Part shown: in pieces, positions 57,430-64,000 of the stretch
How the letters are laid out: each line of letters starts with the position of its first letter
Numbering within the stretch: position 1 is the stretch's first letter
Source: Chiloscyllium plagiosum
Lineage: Eukaryota
Length of the DNA: 64,000 nucleotides
Direction of reading: 5' to 3'
NCBI RefSeq assembly: GCF_004010195.1
Contig: NC_057751.1
Coordinates: 6,250,598-6,314,597, forward strand
The notes under the pieces: generated by a model
What the model was told of the DNA's origin: nothing
Seen by the model: only the letters and a program-made list of their open reading frames with translations
The model's database searches: none
Translations under genes and position numbers: made by a program

Positions 57430-59390
57430 CACAAAACAGAGAAAGTGGCAATGGAATTAAGGGTTGCTACTCAGGCAACTGATGGAATCAGGTGTTCAAG
57501 AAGGGTCAGTGCTGGGATCACTGTTTTTCACAATTTACTGAAATCATTTGGTCTCTGGGATTGGAAGAGCAAATTTGTGGATGATAGCAAATAGGAGGTA
57601 TAACTGCAGATGAAAAATACAACAGATTACAAGTTGAATTAATAAAACTGTCAGAATGAATATGGAATTGTGAAAATAATTGCAGTGAGGGTGAGCTCAT
57701 GCATTTTGATGTGAGGAAGAAGGGCACATACTGCTTTGATAATGAGAATATAAATAGAGAGGAACAAAGGAATCTGATGCATAAATCACTAAGAAGAGAA
57801 GTCTTAAATAATAGGGCTGTAAAAATGAAGTATTGGAATTTGAGTAACATAGAATTGAAAAGCAGATAAATTACCTTCAGCTTCTCTTGAAGCCTGTTTA
57901 GAACATAGCTGGAATCTTGAACACACTTAAGGTCTCCATACAGCTTTGGAGAAGATACAACCCGTCTCGCAAGGTTCATGGAATGCAAACTTGAAGTTTA
58001 ACAGGAAATGCTTAACAGTCTGCTGCTCTTCTCTCTAGAATTGAGAAGACCAAGGGGCAACCAGCTACAGTCCTTCAGATTGTTTAAAAAATATTTTTCC
58101 TCTAATATGGAATGTTTGCATCACCAACCTTCATTGTCCATTCTGAATTCCTTTGAACTGAATGGCTTGCTCAGCCACTTCAGACAGCAATTAAGAATCG
58201 ATCATATTGCTGTAGACAGGTGGTCACATGCAGACCAGATCAGAGAATTACAGTGGTTTCCTTTCTTAAAGGACATTAGTAAACAAGATGGGTGTTTGGG
58301 ACAATTGATTATAGTTTCATGGTCACCATTACTGAGACAAGCTTTCAATTTCATAATTAATTGCTTTGGTTTAAATTTCACCAGCTGTCCTGATGGGACT
58401 TCAGCTCGTGTCCACAGGTCTTTAGCTGAGATCTCAGGATTATGACTTCAGTCACATTATAGCTATACCTCATAGTACCAGCATACAAAATGAAAATGTT
58501 TCTACTTGAGGGGAAGAGCAAAATACAGGGGTCAGATATGTAAGATTGGCACCATCAAATTCCGTGACAAGTTTATGAAAAACATCATAACCCAAAAGGA
58601 GTGTTGAGAATTTACAATCACATGGAGTTGTGTGACAATGCTGTCACCTTAACAGGGTTATTTTGTCCTGGGGATTTTTTGGGAGATGCCGCGGGTTCTA
58701 GAAAGAGCCTGGTTTAACAATGGCAGGGATATGGCCAGTTCTCCCAGTTCAGGTTTTTTCTAGTTTGGTTTGGTTGTAGCAATCACAAGATGGTAGAGTC
58801 CAGGAGAGTAGAAAGCTTCAACAGATGATTCCTGACTGACTTTCTCTCTGAAACCTCTTTGGATGTTGTTCCCTCCCATCTGTAAGAGTCTTTGTTTCAA
58901 TTTACCTTTTTGCCAAGGGGTCTGCTTAAGGTATGTTATTGGATTGGAACACATTATATAAGTTGCTGTAGTGGGTCAGTTAAGTTTTCCAATAGTTAAG
59001 TTGTTCTAAATTCTGTTTTCTTTTGTTTGTCTTTCAACTGTAGTGTTTAAACAAATTCTGTTTTACTTAAAGCTGAGAGGTTTGACCACCTGCATTACAC
59101 CTGGAATATCCACTTCACATCTGCCTTTAAAATAAGAAAATGTAAGGATCTTGGGCTACCTTCTCAAAATGTTTTGAGGGGGTCTGGCCTCGTCCATAAC
59201 AGTAGGAAAAAAATTAATAATTTTCAAGCGTTTGAATGGAAGCCAAATGAACATATGAGGTTGGAAAAGAACAGAATAATAAGTTGGTAGGATTAGATTA
59301 AGCCAGGCAGGAGCAGGAGTGAAGCATTAACAATGCTGTGTGCTTTGTGTACCAAATAGCCTGCTTGTGTGCTGTGGACTTGGTGTAACT
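57430..59390 (+). mobile_element. Very old CR1, interrupted by a SINE (58120-58480) and an LTR (58631-59201)
   Basis: aagggtcagtgctgggatcactgtttttcacaattta (GSVLG.LFFTI), caaatttgtggatgatagc (KFVDDS), and a 3' UTR near 59350. Confidence 0.6.
58631..59201 (+). mobile_element. Solo LTR, family A
   Basis: tgtgacaatgctgtc...tggcctcgtccataaca, with flanks gttg / gtag (3 of 4). Confidence 0.85.
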
Positions 59391-59898
59391 ACATTATCTG
59401 TTCATGTACATGCCCTTTTGATGAGGGTGGTTTAATACCAATGATAAATAGAAAAGAGTTTTTAATGATCCCACATTAATATGCATAGGACCAGTGGAAT
59501 AGTTCCCCCAGGCAAACTTCTAGGATGCTTTAATCAATAGCATTATTAGTGTTATAAATTTCAATATTGCCACTTCCATGTTTTACCCAACAGGTTTATA
59601 GAATATCTGATGTCGCAATTAGTTAATACTGTTTGGTGTGTCATATTGCAGAGGTTCTACACAACATCAGTACAAAGGCTCCCTCAAAACCTTATCCCCA
59701 AATCCCCGAACAAAAACGTCCTGCTCAAGCTAAACTTTTTCTTGGAACATTGCTGTAAGCTCACAAAACGGAATAACATTAAAATCAGAGCCAATTCAGA
59801 AAACAATTATTCATATAAACGCTGATACAAATATTGAGCTGTGACAATTTTGTCCCCTTGTTTCAACATTCACTCCAAACCCTCACCGCCCCCCAACA

Positions 59899-59933
59899 TA
59901 GACACACACAGACACACACACGCACACACACAC
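59899..59933. repeat. (AC)n microsatellite
   Basis: gacacacacagacacacacacgcacacacacac. Confidence 0.9.
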
Positions 59934-61235
59934 TTCAAATGTGCTTTTTTAAAATTCTTCCCCTGCTTGAGCTGTCTTTTCTTCTAACTTAGTTTGTGCA
60001 TCTTGACTCTGTCTCTTCCTTTGTTATTGCATCCAAATCACCAGGATCATGTGAACCTGTATGTCTTATCAACTAAGAAAGTTACAATTGATTCCTTTAC
60101 ATGCAAGCTGGTAAAGGCCCCATTCAAACGTTCTTAAAATCAATTCCATATTCCAGAAGCATTTCAAAAAAATCATAGACTTTCATTGCCACACTACTTC
60201 TTGGTCAAATATCACCACATAACATGTCTCATACAAGTAACCAATTTCCATGAAGCAGTTTGTGCTACACTTTGGTGGGAAACTGAATTAGGGGAGAAAA
60301 TCAGCCCTCTTCCTACTGAATGATGGAACAAAGTTGAGAGCCATATTTTCTACCCTTGCTGCTGTTTCTCATGTTCAGACAATAAGCATCACCTGGTCAC
60401 TCATCCATTAAGTGCATTGTATTCAAACTCAGTCCTGAAGGAAATAGAAAGGATTATATTTCACATAGATTATGATAGAAGAGCCTCCAGGGACTGGATA
60501 ATAAAGTATATTAGTTTTTCACCTCTGTGGCCTGGGTTCAAATAATCTCTTCCATCTGTTATCTGGAAGAGTTTTATCAGAGCAGTCTCAATCCAGACCC
60601 TAGCGAACATTGATTTACCCCTGAAAACTGTTCCTTGTTTTGGCTCTGGATTCTCAGTTTGACATGTCCCTCTTTAACTCTCTGTTAATGTTCTGTCCCT
60701 GTTGCTGTCAAGGGCTCAGATAACATCTGGATTCACCCAGTACTTACAAAGGCTCTTCCCACTGCAGCACTTGCTGCCAGATCCTGTTATGAATTGGCTC
60801 ACCTCACAGCATTTGCTGCACAGTGTACCCACACATCTTGTCTTTAACCTCTTGATTCCTTTTCTAATTCACTCATCGTTTCCATCGAGGTCATTGGTGA
60901 GCTTCCACCATCAGTAACTATTGCCCTAGAGAATACAACTGCTACTTTTATGAATTCAGTCTTTATCAAGCATAAACTCATCCATTGACAGAAAATAATT
61001 AAAATGTTAATGTTCTACCAACATTTTTTGATTGTGTTTGATATCTGAAGGGGGTAGGTATTGTTTTCCCTGTACAGATTGATATAGGATTCATAACAAA
61101 ATAAAAATAGGTCACCAAAGGCTGAAGAAACTCTGTTAGATTTTCATGACAAACTACTATACTTTAACATACACATATGACAAATAATGCTCTTGACCTC
61201 ATGACAACTGGTTCTCACCACAGTATGTCTTCTCA

Positions 61236-61342
61236 GCTATTGCCCAATTTTCCTGCTCCTCGGATGCTGCCTGACCTGCTGTGCTTTTCCGGCGCCACAC
61301 TCTCGACTCTAATCTCCAGCATCTGCAATACTTACTTTTGCC
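61236..61342 (+). mobile_element. Neptune-type pLTR fragment with tail
   Basis: ttttcctgctcctcggatgctgcctgacctgctgtgcttttcc...tctccagcatctgca. Confidence 0.8.
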
Positions 61343-62458
61343 ATTGTGCAGATTGTTCACTTCTGCTGTGGATTTTTGAAAAGATGACCTTGCTCCAGCT
61401 CTGACTTTATCCTGGCTTTGTGCCTGAACCATGTCAACCATTATAATGCTCAATGGTCTAAGGCCCAGGAGGGCCTGACCTCTTCATTAGTAACTTGGTG
61501 GCACCATCTGATACCAAGCTTGTTTAGTTGCACTGTTAATCAAAATTGGCAAGTGTGTGATTAATTTTACATGTTAAGGTTTGGTGCTTTGGTGATTACT
61601 TCTGTGTTTTCAAGGATGCAGCATCCAGTCAACCACTTTCCTTTCTGTCTTTTGTTATGAGCTGTTACTCCTGCTTTTTTGACAAACATTCTCCGCAAAT
61701 TTCAAATTTACATTCATCTCACAGAAAATCACACCATTTCAATTGTGTGGAAATCCCTAGTGCACCTTAAATTTCACCATGCACTTTACTTGGATATCTT
61801 TGTTGAATAAACTAAGAAGTAAAACATAAGGGATAAGAAAATGTACGGTTCAAAGAAACAGTTGCCAATATTGAGCACTGATTTTTGAAGGTTTGATATT
61901 TCTCTGAAAGTGTATGAGCAAACCTTAGTGCAATTGAAAGAATTGTTAAGGTTTGGTTAAAAATAATTGATGAAGATTATGTGCAGTGTTTCAGTTGTGT
62001 ATTTGAATGGGAAAGTGAGCATTTCCCTCTAGGTTACACTTGGTGTTCATGCTTTGAACAAAGGAGAGCATTTCAAAGTATCACATGATTGACATGAATA
62101 GCTCAAAGTGTTTGAAAGGTTCACTTAAAGATGACAAATCCTAGTGTACACAATTCATGTAGTACAAACTGATGACTCTCCTCTCTTCGCCAAATGCGTT
62201 TCAAACCTTCCATTCAGAATAATGCAATTTATTTCTTGCTCCTGCATGGCAGTTTTTGATGGTGTCATTCTTTACCTCTTCCACCATCCAGATATTCCTG
62301 TAATGTGTGAGTTTCATTTTAGCATAAATCCAGTGGAGACAGTGGTGTAGGGATTATGGTAGATATTTCCAAGCATACATTCTTCTGATATGGCATCAGG
62401 CATGAAACAAGCAGAACTGCATTTACTGATCATGACAACGAAAATGTCCAATTTCATC

Positions 62459-62664
62459 TTTATTCAGCGAGTCGTGAGTTCATGGAATGCCCTGCCAGTA
62501 GCAGTGGTGGACTCTCCCTCTTTATTGGCATTTAAGCGGACATTGGATAGGCATTTGGAGGATAGTGGGCTAGTGTAGGTTAGGTGGGCTTGGATCGGCG
62601 CAACATCGAGGGCCAAAGGGCCTGTACTGCGCTGTATTTTTTCTATGTTCTATGTTATATGTTC
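62459..62664 (+). mobile_element. CR1 3' fragment of a distinct subfamily
   Basis: FIQRVVSSWNALPVAVVDSPSLLAFKRTLDRHL, with tail gggccaaagggcctgtactgcgctgt and (ttctatg)n. Confidence 0.85.
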
Positions 62665-62974
62665 CATCCCCCACATTTTGCCAAACCCACAAATCCCATG
62701 TTTCAAAATAGAGTGATCCTGAAATTTTATGCTTCATCAGATAGCAAAAATATTTATAGACTGCCAAACCATGGCTGACATTAGAATTATATTATGGAGC
62801 AATCAAACTCCAGGTCTATCTTAGCTGGAACAAGGATTGAATCCTGCATTGCTGGTGTTGCTCTGATCCATATAGTGGCAATCTAGCTAGCTTAGGTAAT
62901 CAACTTCCCACAATTTCAATAACTTTTTCTGGAAGGGGAATACATGTTATTCTTGATGGTCAAAAGGTTAGTGT

Positions 62975-63075
62975 TCAAAAATAGACTGCAGATGCTGGGA
63001 TCCAAAGTAGACAGGCTGAAGGCTGGAAGATCACAGTAAGGAGGTGGAGAAGTCGACGTTTTGGGTGTAACCCTT
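62975..63075 (-). mobile_element. PLE pLTR and tail fragment
   Basis: gactgcagatgctgggatcc...agtcgacgttttgggtgtaacccttc, ending within a decayed hammerhead. Confidence 0.65.
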
Positions 63076-64000
63076 CGGCAGTCTTTTGCTCTGATGTTCT
63101 GCCAGGTGTGGTCAAGTCACTCAATATGTATGGATATGTTTGGAGACACAGTTTGGTCAGGAAATACAATTTTCCGAAGGAACAAATGAGTTTCAGGTGA
63201 ACTCCAGAAAAGGTTATTTCGATACCTCCAACCACCAACCCCCTTTGCAACCCTCCTGCAAGAAAATTGGAGAGGCTGGTAGCCTTTCCTCATAGACTTC
63301 TTGTTCCCTGACTAATTCAAGATGCAAAAGCACACTTCATCATGTCACTGTTTAATTATCCCCTGCAGGGGTCTCAGCAGAACGAGCAGTTTTCACAGGT
63401 CCTATGATTTGTCAGAAGACTTGTAGAAAAAAAATCTCCAAAATCCACAGTGACCCTTCGACAACCTCTTTTAAAGAAACCACTCCAAGTTATTGTCACA
63501 AACGTGAAACCAATCAATTTTTCCACAATTCTTTCAAACTTAAGTCCTCCAGAAATACTAAATATCAAGTGTATTTTTTAACAATAAGTAATGTTCAGCT
63601 GATTAGTGCAATGCAGTTATGTTTTCCTCATGGTATAAATATTCTCCAGTGGTGATTTTCAATGGATGTTGAACCCTGAAATATTAACTACTGGGCTACT
63701 AAGGTGGAGAAATTTCAATGTATTTTTGATGTGAGGTTGCATTAATACTCGGAGTTTTGCTTTGTGTTTCCTTCAGCTTCAGTTCAAAATACCAAGGTTA
63801 GGATTCAGACATTGATTTTGTGTTGGAAAATGTCCCTTACCACAGAGATGCACCTTTGACCCCGGTCAGTGTATTATCTGACGTCAAATATTTGTGATCT
63901 GTTTTGATTTTAGTTCTATCTTAAGCATCTATTTCAGACCAGATGAAAGCTTGTGTTGCCATTGTTGATGAATTATCCCCGTAGTTTTTTGGACATTCAC

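Noticed and set aside
61236..61260. pLTR fragment starting exactly at the hammerhead cleavage site
   Set aside because: The upstream gctattgccc also matches helix II (gcttttgccc), so an 8-nt deletion of gaaacgtc explains it equally well.
1..64000. CRISPR array, rRNA, operons or other prokaryotic systems
   Set aside because: No regularly spaced repeats or gene-dense regions. The content is vertebrate interspersed repeats.

Overview
Repeat-rich vertebrate genomic DNA, most likely from a cartilaginous fish (shark), judged from HE1-like V-SINEs, Deu-SINEs and abundant CR1 LINEs. There is one 894-nt assembly gap (44490-45383). I found no convincing host protein-coding exon, so the window looks intergenic or intronic. 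It contains many CR1 fragments, solo LTRs of about three families, a decayed Gypsy gag split by a CR1, PIF/Harbinger fossils, Tigger-like MITEs, SINEs, and several Penelope-like element (PLE) families of Neptune and Poseidon type. The most striking signal is a set of seven clear PLE insertions plus one vestigial case, drawn from several families, that share one fold-back layout: target-site duplication (TSD, 9-15 bp), a 30-47 nt one-sided tail, an arm, an inverted arm, then the TSD. They carry minimal hammerhead ribozymes with a palindromic helix III, and in the shortest copies the inversion point falls at the ribozyme. Hammerheads and inverted pLTRs in PLEs are known in general; the regularity seen here is the part worth testing. 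All family names come from reading the sequence by eye, and the ends of decayed elements are approximate.
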